57,510 nucleotides of DNA from Gonapodya sp. JEL0774 (lineage: Eukaryota): assembly GCA_027604505.1 (NCBI GenBank), contig JADIIX010000141.1, positions 1-57,510 on the forward strand, read 5' to 3'. Positions 41,367 through 54,065 of the stretch are shown here, one piece after another; position 1 is the stretch's first letter, and each line of letters begins with the position of its first letter. The notes under the pieces were generated by a model. It was not told the origin of the DNA. It did not search any database and saw only the letters and a program-made list of their open reading frames with translations. Both the position numbers and the translations under genes were made by a program.

Positions 41367-41463
41367 GGCGGCGAGGTCAATTATTTCGGATTTGTACATA
41401 TCATTCTGATTTTGATGTAATTTTGGTTTGTTTTCTCTGCCTGAACACGGGGAGCAAGAATAT

Positions 41464-42722
41464 TTATTTATCATACCAAATCGCCAGCTCATCCTTAATC
41501 TGAGGTGCAATGATATCCGACGTTTCGCCGTGAAAGTTCTAGCAACCGTAAGTTAATATAATAACTCGCAGTTCCGAACACATTTTGTTCATACTCACTC
41601 GTAATTTTCCTTGCTTTTCGTAGTACGTGATCAGAGGCTTAGTCATTGAAAAATAGTTATCTAACCGTTTCTTGAATGTGTCCACATTATCATCCGGCCT
41701 CTTCGAGAGGGGTTCCCCTGTAACGTCGTCCTTGCCAGGCACTTTCGGGGGATTGTATGAGAGGTTGTAGACGCGGCCCTGTGAAGCAAGTCATCACAGA
41801 TTTGTAATCTTTACTATGATTTGGCAACAAAGGTGAGAAAGCACGTACAGAGGGGATGTGAACCCATCGATCTTCATGAAGATTGGGCAGGTGAAGGTGT
41901 TACCGGTCGAATGGCAGGCACCACAAAAAGGCTCACCTTCTATTCGCTGCAAAATGACCTCGGGTGGTACATCCAAGTTGATGACCAAATCCAATGGCAT
42001 TTTGTTCCGGCTCATGGCGCTGTCGAGGGCCTCCGCTTGAGGGAGGGTACGGGGAAAACCGTCGAGCAGCAACGTCTGTCCAAAAGGTTTTCAACATCCC
42101 CCACAGAAACAAGATGCAGTAGTGAATAGCCACCTTATCTTTAAGATTCTGGAGCTCCTCGATCATGAGTTTCACCATCACATCGTCCGGGACAAGTCCA
42201 CCTTCCGAGATAATCTTCTGTGCTATCTTGCCAACTTCTGTCCCACCCTTGATATGCTTTCGAAGAAGGTCTTTATACCACAGACCATAGATTCAATTAC
42301 ATAGATTCAGTTGTGAGGCGATCGGTCTGGTATGACTCACCCCCGCTAGAAATTGCTTCCATCTCGTAATGCTTCATCATCCGCTCCGTTTGGGTACCTT
42401 TCCCAGATCCTAGAACGTGAAGTGGATTCGAATGAGAATGCAGCGCAGAGCTGTGTTGTTGTCACCAAGACACTCACCGGGGCTCCCCATAATAAGCATC
42501 CTGACACGCGCGCACGTTCGGGATTCCCAAACAGGGGGAAATCAAAGTTGAGTTCGATAGAGCGGATGAAGTATCGTCTGCTTTGGCCCACCGGAGCGGC
42601 TTTTTGAACTTGAGCGGTTGAGCCCCAGCAGCAAAGCGGCGACATGGAGCAAGGGTCGCAGTCACCGATGCAGCAGCCCGGATCACGGATCGCGATGAGT
42701 TCTGCAATATTTGTATTGACAT
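41464..42722 (-). CDS. ADK2: Mitochondrial adenylate kinase (AK3/Adk2 GTP:AMP type)
   Basis: Presequence [71 protein letters not shown]. Confidence 0.9.
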
Positions 42723-42935
42723 ATGGATCGTTGTTGGGTGGATCACAGTTTCCGCAATTATATTTATAGGGTGGTGCAGGGACAGGGTTTGCCATGACGC
42801 AGAGAAGTGAGGTGGTTTCCTTGAGTGATTCAGGTTTCGCCCGGCCTGTTTGGACTGGCACTTGAAGTGGTCAACAATCAGCATCTCCCCAATCACACTT
42901 ATACTATCATTCATGGTTTTACCAAATTTGTCTCT

Positions 42936-45900
42936 TTAAAGTCCAATCCAATAACTTCGTCCACCAGGGTTGTGCAACACGCTGCCGCCACCCGTTGCTA
43001 CCACTGTGCTGTCCGAGGCTCCATCCGAAAGCCCAGATGGAGTTTTTCTGAGAAGTGGCACCACGCACCACTCGTACCACACTTTCCGAGTGTCTGAAAC
43101 GCGCCACATGTTGACCTGAACCGATTGGTTTGCTGGTATGAAGACGGGGATCTGTGATTGGGACAAACAGTTGATGAGTCAAACACACACAAAAAGAGGG
43201 GGAGGACCACTACGATCACGCCGAACAAACACAGAACTCACCCGAAGTGGAAAGAAGATAGGAAACCAACTAAACATCCCAGGCGAGTGCCAGTCCGGAT
43301 GAATGCTTATTATGACGTCCTTATATAACACGGCGTCGAAAAATCCAGCGAGACCGTGCTGTTTGGAGGGTAGAATAGAGGATTGATGAGAATGGACAGC
43401 TGACACTCAATGGACCACGCCGATTTTTCTCACAATCAACATTGATTCTGATAGATTAAACGTCAAACTACACTGTCTGTCATGGACACCTGGATAGTCC
43501 TCAGAATCTGGTGGGGATGGCGAGGCGTCAAGAGTAGTGTGAGAACTTTTGTCACCACTGTTTCGAAACAGGAAACACAATAGAAAGGGGAAGAAAAGGA
43601 AAGGAAAAGAATTTCAAAATCTCCGTTCACCACACCCACCGCTTACAACATGCTCAAACGTCCAGCACTTTTGAATATTTGTCCATTTCACCTGCCCAAA
43701 CTTGACAACATACGGTGTCTCCCACCCCTTGAGGTCCTTGTAGCCCGCCACTTCCATGTGGAGTTTGTGGGATTGGAGCGGGGAAATATACGCTGAGTAC
43801 GAAGAAGGGATTGAGATTCCGTCGGGTTTAAGGAGATGGGGGAGGGCGGGATGAAGGCATTCGGGGGATAGCTCGTTGTCTGCGAGAAAGGAGAACGGTG
43901 GAGGATTCCAGTTATTGCAAAACCTGCCAAACGAAACAAACATTCTTTGAAGCAGCTCTCACCGCCAAACGAGCCAAGAAGTTCACTGACGAGAATATCA
44001 GCTTTGAACTCGGGTTGCCATCCTCTCATATCACCGAACACGACTGTGACTCTCTCGCCCCATACCTCCTTCTTCTTGCGATTCAACCTGTTGCATGATG
44101 TCAAAGTCGAATGGGCCGTGATCCAAATTTATAACTCGAAGTTCGAGAAAATATGTGACTTACCCTACCACAGCGTTCAAGTTTTTCTCAAGAGCAAACA
44201 CCCGAACTGCCCGACCTGATGAATCTGCAGCTCGCAAAGCTCGATCGACAAGGGGGCCTCGACCAGCGCCCAAAACCATAATCGTTCTGCAATATCACCC
44301 CATCAGGACGGATCCGCGATCCACTGGCGCGCCACCGCACAGTGAAGTGTTGTGCGGGCACTCACGTCGTAAGTGGAGAGTTTTCCGGTACACGATCGAC
44401 AAGGGCACCGTAAATCGCCTTTTCATATTGCTCGTACTTTACAGGGTCCTTCTCAAACACCTCATAAGTTGAGGACTCGAGATTATCCATAAGAGGCCTT
44501 GCTCGTTGTAGTAACAAAGCATTCCGAAAACGTGGTGAGCAGGGTCTTGTGCAAAACGAACCACACGCGTGTCACCACAACTCACTGGAGTGGGGCCTGG
44601 AGGTGATCCCTATACCCCTTTGCGAAACGTTCAGCATCGTCTAGCTCAGGTCGATTGTCCCATAAGTGGCGGATATAGCTAGAGTAGGCGGTGATTCCAC
44701 CTTGAGTTGAGGGGAGGGAGCCAGAGATAAGGTGGGAGAAGAGGATGTAAGGTTGATTCTGGTTTGAGAGGGATGACAGATACGCCAGGGCGGAGCGAAA
44801 AGGTGGAGAGTGGCGAAGTGGCAAGCGGACACGATCTACCAGTTCTTGTGGCTGCAAACTGTGAGACATCGCTAACGAACCTCCATCATTTTCCGCACAA
44901 ACTGTTGATGTCGCTTGCTGAGTACAGGGTACCCCTTTGGGTTACTGAGAAAAGCTTGCTTCTGAATAACAAGACATTTCACAGGTTCCGCTTGCCACGA
45001 TGCAAGGATGGCGGGTGATGGGAGGGTTGGGGTGACTTCGAGGGCTGTTGTGGAGGCGACCATATCAGGCATTCAGTTAACGCAGCGGTAGGCGATGCGA
45101 GAAGAGAGGAAGAAAGCACTCCTTACCAACAGCGAGGCGGGAGTTGTGATCACACACCGACCGCAGAGCGTTCCAGCGTTCCCAGTTGTGCGCTGCAGAT
45201 CTTTCAGAATGGTCATCCCCTGAAGACTGCGGTTGTGCTGGAGTTGAGTTGCTCGATTTGGGAGAGGGAGGACTGGTGAGAGGAATTCGGATCCAGAGCT
45301 GAGATGCTCGAGTGCGATATGGACAATTCGATTTCACACAGTGGGATTAGCCAAGCCCATCGTAGGCGCCAACGGCAATGCAGAGACGTAAGGCTGATGT
45401 CGATGTAGGGCAAGAAGACGGTATCTCCGTGACACACTTACCGTTACGTACGGGAGTGTGTTGAGTATTTGGTTGATGACACGCGCATAGTTGGTCCAGC
45501 TTTCCCCAGGAGTGGGGAGCAGCAGAGACGCAAGGCCAATGTGTCCTGCCCATGCAACCTCCTGTTTCACAAGCTATAGAGTTGCAAAGAATCGGAGGAT
45601 TTGAGTTGGGAAGGGATCGGGGATTCGGAATCGAATTTCTTCTAAAGTCTTCACCTCACCTGTTCCGCTCTGTGTCGCTCGGAGGAATCTGCTGAATCCA
45701 GGCGAAGGCAAACTGGTGATAATCTTCCCGTTACAAAGTCAGAATACTCTGCAAACATGTCCTGGCATGAGAAAAATAACCTGTAGCGTGAAATTGATGA
45801 GCTCCATTTTCACCTGCCGAGTCCACATAGAGCTGTTCCGCTGAAAATGGCGGCAAAATCCTGTCCTGTGACTTGAATAGGGCATTCGAAGCGGCTGCCG

Positions 45901-46048
45901 TCAAGAGCGGAATGGCTGCAAAGTCGTGGTTTGTGTCTCGGAGAGCATCCAGGAAATTAGCGATTGTCGAAGGGATTGATTCGACGTCTAATCCAACATA
46001 AATCGAAGGAGACCGCGAAGAATTGTAGCTGTGATTTCCTTCGCTCAT
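42936..46048 (-). CDS. PRMT5: Protein arginine N-methyltransferase 5 (Skb1/Hsl7)
   Basis: [71 protein letters not shown]-like end [14 protein letters not shown]. Confidence 0.96.
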
Positions 46049-46148
46049 TTTGTGGGAAGAATGGTCCTGGTGTGATGATCAAGTTTACCTTCACAGGAAG
46101 AAGAAATCTAACGAACACAACTGTTCAGCGGTGTGCGGCGTACTTCGT

Positions 46149-48429
46149 ATGGCGTCACCAAATCGCGGCGATGTGATGGCAGAGCTGGCAAAACTTCCGC
46201 TCTCGCATGATCTGCTTGCGTACTACAGAGCTAGGGTCGGTGAGTCGAATCAACTGCCAGTATCCCGCGCCGATGATGGATATCGCGCCCACTTCCAAAG
46301 CCAACCTCAGCGCTCTCTTTTCTTCCTGCAATTCCATGCGATGTGTAAATAAATGGTCATGACTAGAACGCGCGGAGCAGGACTATCTGGATGCCATGTC
46401 CCGACTCGAGGACTCGCGGGTGGACAACGACGAGTCCCACGCACTTCGATGGGAATGCACTCGCCGCGCTGCTGAGATTCAGGAACTACAAATCCAACTA
46501 TCGGACGCTCAAACTTCTCTCTTCGACGAGAGGAGGCAGATGCTTCGCGTTGTCGCCGAGAACGACGAGCTGAAGAGTGAGTGCTTTCATGGTAAACCCC
46601 AGGCATTTCACGTGGATCACTCCCTTCCGAGACCGAGAAGAAATTGGTGAACCGAACCATTGAAGGGAATCGTATCAGGTAGTTTAAACGACTGGAATCA
46701 TTCCGGCACCTTCCTTGCTAAACCGAAGCACATATGGGAACTTGTGGTCCTTCTCACATGGAAGTTCAACCGGTGGAGCATCCCAACTCTTTCGCAAGTA
46801 TTGTCGCCACTTACTTCATAATTCTCTAGTCCAAGAACTCCGAGACCGTCGAAAGATTCGCTACCTCCTCTCAATCACCTCCTCTGTTGAAACCGGCGAA
46901 ACCACCTACCTCCGCCCCAGACTAGCAAAAAATTTGGTCAAAGCACCTTCCACAATAAACGGCGACACTATTGCCATCAGGCCCGGTGTAAAGAGTCCTC
47001 ACGCACAAATGGGACTGGGTTACAATGCTCATCAAGCGCGTGACAAAGACTGCCAAACGACAGTACCGCGCATTCGAACGAAATCGTCCCCCACGCGCCG
47101 AAAGCCTATTCAACGAATGCGTAACGCTGACAGTGACAGCACAATGCGTTCTCGCACCACTGCTTCCTCAGCATTCACACGACCTCTTTCCAACGCCATG
47201 TCGTCACCTACATCTGACACTGACAGCTTCGCCGACTCTCCAACTCTCGTTGGAGACTCCGCAGAGGAAGGTTCTCCGGAGGGGGATAAGCGAGTACCGT
47301 CACACAATTCAAAGTCTCCCCCACCTTCAAGAACAACTGGTCCTCAGTCGCCAGAGGATCCAGACGACTTAGTCATACTTGAAGACGAAAATGAAGCGCT
47401 CAAACTCACAGTGGTGGCGCTCCGTGCGCAGCTCGAGGAACAGGTGAGCCGCGTGGAGTTCTCAACGGTCTGCAGCTGCTGGCCTGAGCAGGCTGAACTA
47501 CTATTGGTAGCGCGAATCCTACGAATCCACTATTCACGGCCTCCACTCCGACCGCCTCGCCCTCATGTCCGAGCATCAACTCCGTACCGAAAACCTCACC
47601 GCCACCGTTGGTACCCTGACCAACCGGGTCCATAAGTTACGAACTGTTGCACGAGATGCTACGCGGGAACTCCTCTCTACCAAGCGTTGGGCTCGTGAAG
47701 GAGAAAGGAGGTGGAAGGAGGAAAAGGCAGCAATGGTTGAGGAGATTGGGCGGATAAAGAGTGAGAAGGACTCCGAAAGGCGGAGAGGGGAGGAGGCTGA
47801 GCGGGTGCGTGTTTGGATGTTCGGATAGTGTTCCAGTGCTTGGATTTCTGAATGTTTCTACTCTACGGGTGCTGTAGGCTGCCGACACCAAATATTCGCA
47901 GATGCACGCAACTCTGCTTTCTGACCTCCGTGCCCATGTCGCACACCTCGAGGCCTCTCTTGCGAAAACAACCTCAACACTTTCCAATGTCCAGGGGCAA
48001 CACACAAAAGTCACTGACGCCCTCAAACAACGGGTCAACGCGCTGCGCAGTACTTACAACTCACTTCGAAGGCGTAGAGAATACGAGATCGAAGGCTTTC
48101 GCAGCGATATTGTGAGCTTGAGGAATAAAGTCAGAGAACTTGAACGTCACATTGGACGTTGGGCTGGTCTGGAGGGCAAAGAAGCGGAGCTGCTAGAAAT
48201 GGGTGCGTGTCGTCCATGAATATTTCTCCCTAAAAAGTTCCTTAAGAGTATCTCTGAACCTCAAAACAGCTCGTGAGACAGGTAGACAAGCAGATAAGAT
48301 TTCTACAGATTTGCATGGATTGAAGGTGAGAGTATCGCTTGTGCGACGGATTGTCTCTGGCCTCATCCGCATTTGCCCCAGGCAAAAGTATACGACATTG
48401 AGGATGATCTGCGAAATTTGCGAGTTTAA
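46149..48429 (+). CDS. CCDC77: Coiled-coil domain-containing protein 77-like
   Basis: LPLSHDLLAYYRARV, HALRWE...EIQELQIQLSDAQTSLFDERRQMLRVVAENDELK|.QELRDRRKIRYLL, RRREYEIEGFRSDI. Confidence 0.85.
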
Positions 48430-48560
48430 ATTTGATTATGTAACATAGTAATTTCGTGAATCACCAAGTACAAGGTTAGAATGGAGACTACACAGGTCGT
48501 CATATTCATTCAAACACAACGTCCCGATCTCCACTCCAGAACCCTCGCCCCCATTGTCAT

Positions 48561-49624
48561 TCACAATGTGCACTTGTATCCAGGACCGTACGGAATCTCT
48601 TTCAAGACCCTTTGTCCCCCAAGCGGTTCTGCTCTCTTACGACCATTCTGCGGACCATGAGGGGGCATCCGCCCAGCTGCAAGTTCATCAAGAATCTTGA
48701 CAGTGATTTCAGGAGTGAGGTCCTCCTGTAATGCGAGGAGCGCCAGATCATGAAGAATGGTTGAGAGCACACGCATTTCAGAGGCAAAGAATATGTGTGC
48801 ACTGAGTCATTCCAAGCCAAGCCGTCGAAAACACACTACTCTCGCACAAAACCCACATAGTAGTCTTCGTTAATAGCCAAAACAGGCGCGTTTGTGCAAG
48901 CGGCTGCGCACTCGACCTCCACCAAGGTAAAGAGACCATCAGGGGTCGTTTCTCCGACGTCAATTTTCAAGTGCTCTTTAATGGAGTCGAGGACCTTGTC
49001 GGCTCCACAAACGAGACATGGGGATGTGGTACAGAGCTGTAGGAAGTACTTTCCAATGGGCTCTCTGTGAGTTATATCACGCATTGATCAGCATCCACGG
49101 ACGCGAAGCAGACTGGTAGCGCATTCAAGTAACGACTTGCCACTGTCCAAGCACATAACTCACTTGTTGAACATTGTGTAAAAGGTCGCGACCTCGTAAA
49201 CTCTCATTGGGGGCATTTCCAGGTACTGTGCGACGAAGTTCATCACCGAGATGCTACAGAAACCATTGTTTTGCCTCTGTGCGAGGTGAAGAATGGGGAT
49301 TGCAGCGCCCTTTTTGTACTGCGGTGGATATTTTTGGACTATCGCTGCAGCGTGTTCCGCATTTTCCTTGGTCCATGTAAAGGGGATCGCGGGATCATTA
49401 TACTCCGTTTTCCGGAATTGGGAAGCACCTCCCGCGGATGCCAAGATGCCAGATGAATGGAGTGGTCGTAGGGCAGGAATGCGGGTCTGTGGATTGGATC
49501 GACATTGATTGCGCGACAGGATTCCAATCGAACCCAGCGACACGAGACGGCCAGCAGAAGAAGACATGGTATCAAAGGCGGTAACTGCCTGCGCGAGTGT
49601 TCGACTGACTGACGCTGCTCGCAT
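48561..49624 (-). CDS. NDUFV2: Complex I 24-kDa flavoprotein subunit
   Basis: KYPPQYKKGAAIPILHLAQRQ, PPMRVYEVATFYTMFN, QLCTTSPC, GETTPDGLFTLVEVECAAACTNAP, EDLTPE. Confidence 0.96.
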
Positions 49625-49825
49625 TGCGCTGTTTTCAGGTTTTAATGTGTCCTTCAGGGTTGCATGCTCACTCCATGGCATGACAGCCAACTAGTACATA
49701 ATAATAATGTAAATCAGAACACACTTTCTATTTCCTGTAACAATGAACTTCGTACTTTTATCGCATTCAAGTAAATTGAGCCCGTGTTTCATTCCGTTCC
49801 GTTTCATGTCACTTCATTTTGTTCC

Positions 49826-50499
49826 TCACGAAAACCAATTCAAGGGGTTCCATCGATTGCGTCTGGTATTTTCCGGGTTGTACCTTGTATCAAGATCGTC
49901 CATCATCAGTGTGAAGGCACGCCTCTCCGCGTGCTTGTTGAGCTTCTTGACAAACTTCTCCCGTCTGCGCCAACAGTACAGTGCCAACTTGACCATTGTT
50001 GATAGGTCAGACACGAAATACTTCCAATACGGACGCTAATCACTTCCAACTCACCACGCAAAGTGGGACAATAATGGCGAGAAGGATCCCGACAATGATA
50101 GCTCCGGTGTTACTGACTAGAGAGACGTGAACGCTAAAAATCAACTCGCGAGAAGCGATCTGATGACGGTACGCACCAGAGCATGTGCCTGAGTAGTAGT
50201 TGGCTGCATTCGCGCATGTACCCAGAACACACTTGTTCTCGTTCCCGGCGCACCATCCGCAACCAGATGCTTCCGAGTCCGTTAACGACAAGTCGCTCCA
50301 AAAGATAATACAAAAGGTGCCTACCTCCGATGCATGCGGTGCAGTTTAGTAATTGTCCGCAATTAACTGCTTGATGATGCGGAACGGTCAGCGTCCTCAT
50401 TGATTGATGGGACAGATTATCACTACCTTGTCCACTGACTGTGGGGGCCAGCAGGATAACACTGAGTGCGGCCACCAATGCGAGAGTGCTGGATGACAT
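49826..50499 (-). CDS. Small type-I membrane protein with a PSI-like Cys domain (PTTG1IP-like layout)
   Basis: Signal peptide, CGQLLNCTAC...CGWC...C...C...C, TM segment GAIIVGILLAIIVPLCV|LALYCW, basic tail RRREK. Confidence 0.7.
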
Positions 50500-50560
50500 T
50501 GATTGTTCACTTATAGCGTCTTGGAGTCCTCGGTCATGAACCCACAAGGCAATATTCATC

Positions 50561-50590
50561 TTCGCCGATCTTCGCCGATCTTCGCCGATC
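50561..50590. repeat. Three perfect tandem copies of TTCGCCGATC
   Basis: Read directly from the sequence, about 60 nt upstream of the PSI-gene ATG. Confidence 0.9.
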
Positions 50591-50821
50591 ATACCGCCAG
50601 AAGCAACTTGACTCTGGACTCCGGATTACCGGATCATAATCTCTCTCTTACCTTCGATTGCACACACAGCGCCCGTAGCTGTGGATCGGACATGTGACGA
50701 GCTCCTCCCTTTTTTTCTTTCCTCCCGTCCCGTTAATTTACTTTAATCTCAGATAGTCCCAACACATCTTTATCTCGCCGGCCAGTCGAACAATTCAAAG
50801 CTATGCTTTTTATCCCACAAT

Positions 50822-52777
50822 CTACGATTTCAATCGCAATGATATTCGAAACAAACTGGATGCAGGGAGAGAAAAACGGTGAGGTGCTTGCACCCTGCTA
50901 TTCAATTTTACGTCTGTTTGTTTAACTGTGTCACTGATATGGTTAACTGTGCTCGGGTGAGTGTGTGTACCGGGGGGTGAAAAATGAACGACGAGAAAGG
51001 AGAGAAGGAAGGGGAGAGGTGAAGATTGGACAGAAGAGGAAACGAAGACCCCGTCCTCCTCCAACTCACAGAAAGACACCCCCAGGAATGTCAAGGTACT
51101 ATTGGCCTGGAGGGCCTCGGCCAGGGTGCTGGCGCCTGCATCACCGATTCTATTTTCTGTCGTGCGTGCGTGTGGGAGGGGAGCGGTAAAAAAGAGACGA
51201 GGTGAGAGATAGGATGGGAGGAAGAAGAATGGAGGACATGGGAGGACCAGCTCCCCTCCCAGTTACTCTCGACCTTGAGGCAGGTCAAGGTGCGATTGAC
51301 CTTGAGGGCCTCAGCCAGGGCAATGGCACCGGCATCGCCGATTTTGTTCCCTGTATGCGTGTTCGTACGTGCATATGCATGTATGTGGGGTGAACGAGAA
51401 GCGGTGAGGATGGACAGTTGAGGCGGGCAAAGGAGAACCGGGGGACATATGTTTCGTCCTACTTACAGCTGACGTCCAGGAAGGCTAAGGTGCTGTTGAT
51501 GGTCCCGAGTGCCTCTGCCAACGCCCTCGCCCCCGCTTCGCCAACATTGTTCTCTGTGTACATGTGGGAGTAAGTAGAGTGAAAAAGTAGAAACGGTGAG
51601 GATAGTGAGAAGAAAGTGGAGACAGGCGCAAGGGAGGACGCGGGGGTACAGATTTCTCATCCGTCCTTATACTCACGGCAGACGTTCAGGGAGGTCAAGC
51701 AACTGTTGGTGGTGAGGGCCTCGGCTAAGGCTCCGGCGTCTGCATTGCCAATGTGATTCTCTGGGCACGTGTGCGAGGAGTAAAAAGGAGAAGCGGTGAC
51801 GATAGAGCAAAGAAAGGGATGAGGCGATGCCTGTCCTGAAGGAAATGGAGGACAAGGGAGACCTGCTCCACTCCAACTCACTGCGGACGACGAGGGAGCA
51901 CAGTGTGGAGTTGATCTCGAGGGCCACTGCTAGGGAACTGGTGCCTGCCTCACCGATGTTGCTACCTGTGTGTGCGTGTGTGCGAGACGATGGAGAATAT
52001 GAAAGTAGGAGGTGAGCATCGGACAGAAGAGGAAGGAAGGGCCCAGAAAGACGCTTTTGGACTTACAGCAGACATCCAGTTAGGTCACAGTGCCATTGAC
52101 CTTGAGTGCCTCAGCCAGGGTGATGGTGCCCCCCTCGCCGATGTTATTATCTGCGTGTATGCGTGAGTGTGAGTGTGCGAGGGATAAAAAGAGAAGTAGT
52201 GAGGATGGAGAGTAGAAAGGAGGAAGTGATGATGGGATGAAGGGAAAGAGACGGACCCACTCCCTCACCACTCACTGCAAACGTTTAAGGTGGTCAACGT
52301 GGTGTTGAATTTGAGGGCCTCGGCCAGAACCCTGACACCCGCCTCGTTTGATGTCGTCTTTTGTGTGTATGTGTGCAGTGGTGAAAAGGTGAGGAGCGTC
52401 GACAATAGAGGGAACGAAGTGGATCGGTGAGAATATGATGGAAGCTGCGGGGAGGACCCGGGATGATCCACTCCTTCTATTCACTAAGGACATCCAGTGA
52501 CGTCAAGTAGCTGTTGGCTTTGAGGGCCTTGGCCAGGGCAATGGCAACCGCCTCGCCGATGTTACAGTCTACGCGTGTGAGTGTGCGTGGGGTGAAATCA
52601 TAGGGGGTGAGGATGATGACAAGGAAGTGGAGAGATATGGATTGAACGGAAGGTGAAGGGAGGAATCGAAGAACCTGCTCATATACTACTCACAGCCGAC
52701 CTTGAGGGAGGTCAAGGTACTGTTGGCCTTGAGCGCCTCCGCCAGGGCAATTGCACCTGCCTCGCCGATGTTACAGT
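50822..52777 (-). pseudogene. RNI/NLRC3-like LRR gene, one repeat per exon; 5' part interrupted by repeat DNA, two exons defective
   Basis: Exons 52777-52694, 52568-52485, 52357-52276 (82 nt), 52150-52067 (in-frame TAA), 51965-51882, 51760-51677, 51553-51467, 51350-51267 and 51156-51070, each NxIG[DE]xGAxALAEALxxNxTLTxLxV, plus a terminal exon ending at 50822. Confidence 0.8.
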
Positions 52778-53710
52778 CTACGCGTGTTTCCGTCACGCTT
52801 TCACACTGAAGTTGTCCGATATCTGATTTCTAGTATGCAAACTCAGATGATATCCATCCTACATCTACCAGTCCAGTATAGTATGGGACATCACAATTGG
52901 GAGGATGGCTGGCTCTTTCTGGCATCCTTTCATCTGTGCCGGGCCTACTGTCAGCCAAGCCAGCAATCCTGGTTTAGAAGTCCGGTGCTTCCTTAGTTGG
53001 CAACCAGCAAGCCAACGAGATGTTGATGTCTTGCTTGAATGGGTGGGGACATGATCTCATAGTGTGAACTTGTGTCTCGCTATATCTTCAGGTACCTCCA
53101 GCAGTACGTAATACAGGGTGTAGATGTAAAGTAATCCAGATAATGCAGGTGGTCAGAGCAAAGTACGTCATGATGTTTCTGCCGCCTGTAATGTGACAGG
53201 GGAGCGGAGATGATGTACTCACACTGTGGCCTGTGTCTACCTGCTGATCAAATTCTCTCTCTCTCTCATCTAACCATCCCATCAGATGGATATCAAACCA
53301 GAAGACATGGTGGACTTGGAAGCCCTTGGAGATGATGCAGTCAAGAACCCATTTGTCCACCATTGTGTTGTGTCACAGGTGACGCTTCTGTGAGTCCAGC
53401 ATGTATCCCATGTGTATTCTGTAGATTCATTTTAGAATCTAGTAGCTAGATACTAGACTGTGCTTGACCCCATATTGTCACGAGGGATGCATTGAATAGT
53501 CTGAGCCATTCTGAGTTCAAGAAAACCCAGTCACAATATCCATGAAGTGTCCAAAATAATGTTGAAGAAGTGTGTGTGGAGAGTGTGCAAGAGAGGTGCA
53601 GGCAAGGAAAAAGCACTCCAGGCTGGCTGCTGTAAAACCTTGTCCCACCATTGTTGTGACCTACCTTGAGATCACCACTTGGACTGGGTAGCTAGAGACG
53701 CAAATGTGAA

Positions 53711-54065
53711 TGTAGAGAACAAAATACAACCTCACTGCCGTCTTGCCTAGAGACGCAGTGCTATCTGTCAAACCTAAGAAAAGAGTCTACACCGTGCCTA
53801 CGCTATCATCTGGTGGCTGCTACGCTGCTACACCACAGCCCCTAAACCCTTGAACCTCATCTACTCCTTATAATCATATGACCTCCAACCCGGCAGAAAG
53901 CTCTATGTTGCCCTTGTGACAATTGTCGTGGTATTGACATCCCAGAGGGTCTGAGGGTGGCGCCCAAGGCGTTCTCCTATGTATAGACAAATAGTTACAA
54001 ATATACAATCATACCACACATCTTCTCCTTCCCTTCCAACCATTGCCAGCGTCAGCCCCGCTACA
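53711..54065 (+). repeat. Candidate 5' LTR
   Basis: TGTAG...CTACA inverted termini and internal TATA-like/A-rich stretches, followed by TTTTGGGGG and then the gag frame. Partner LTR is not in the window and the left boundary is uncertain. Confidence 0.45.

Noticed and set aside
51070..52777. CRISPR-like repeat-spacer array
   Set aside because: The repeats are divergent coding exons with GT-AG introns in a eukaryote, and there are no cas genes.
53958..53967. TGGCGCCCAA as a tRNA-Lys primer-binding site
   Set aside because: Only a 10-nt match, not preceded by an LTR-ending CA, and inside the candidate LTR.
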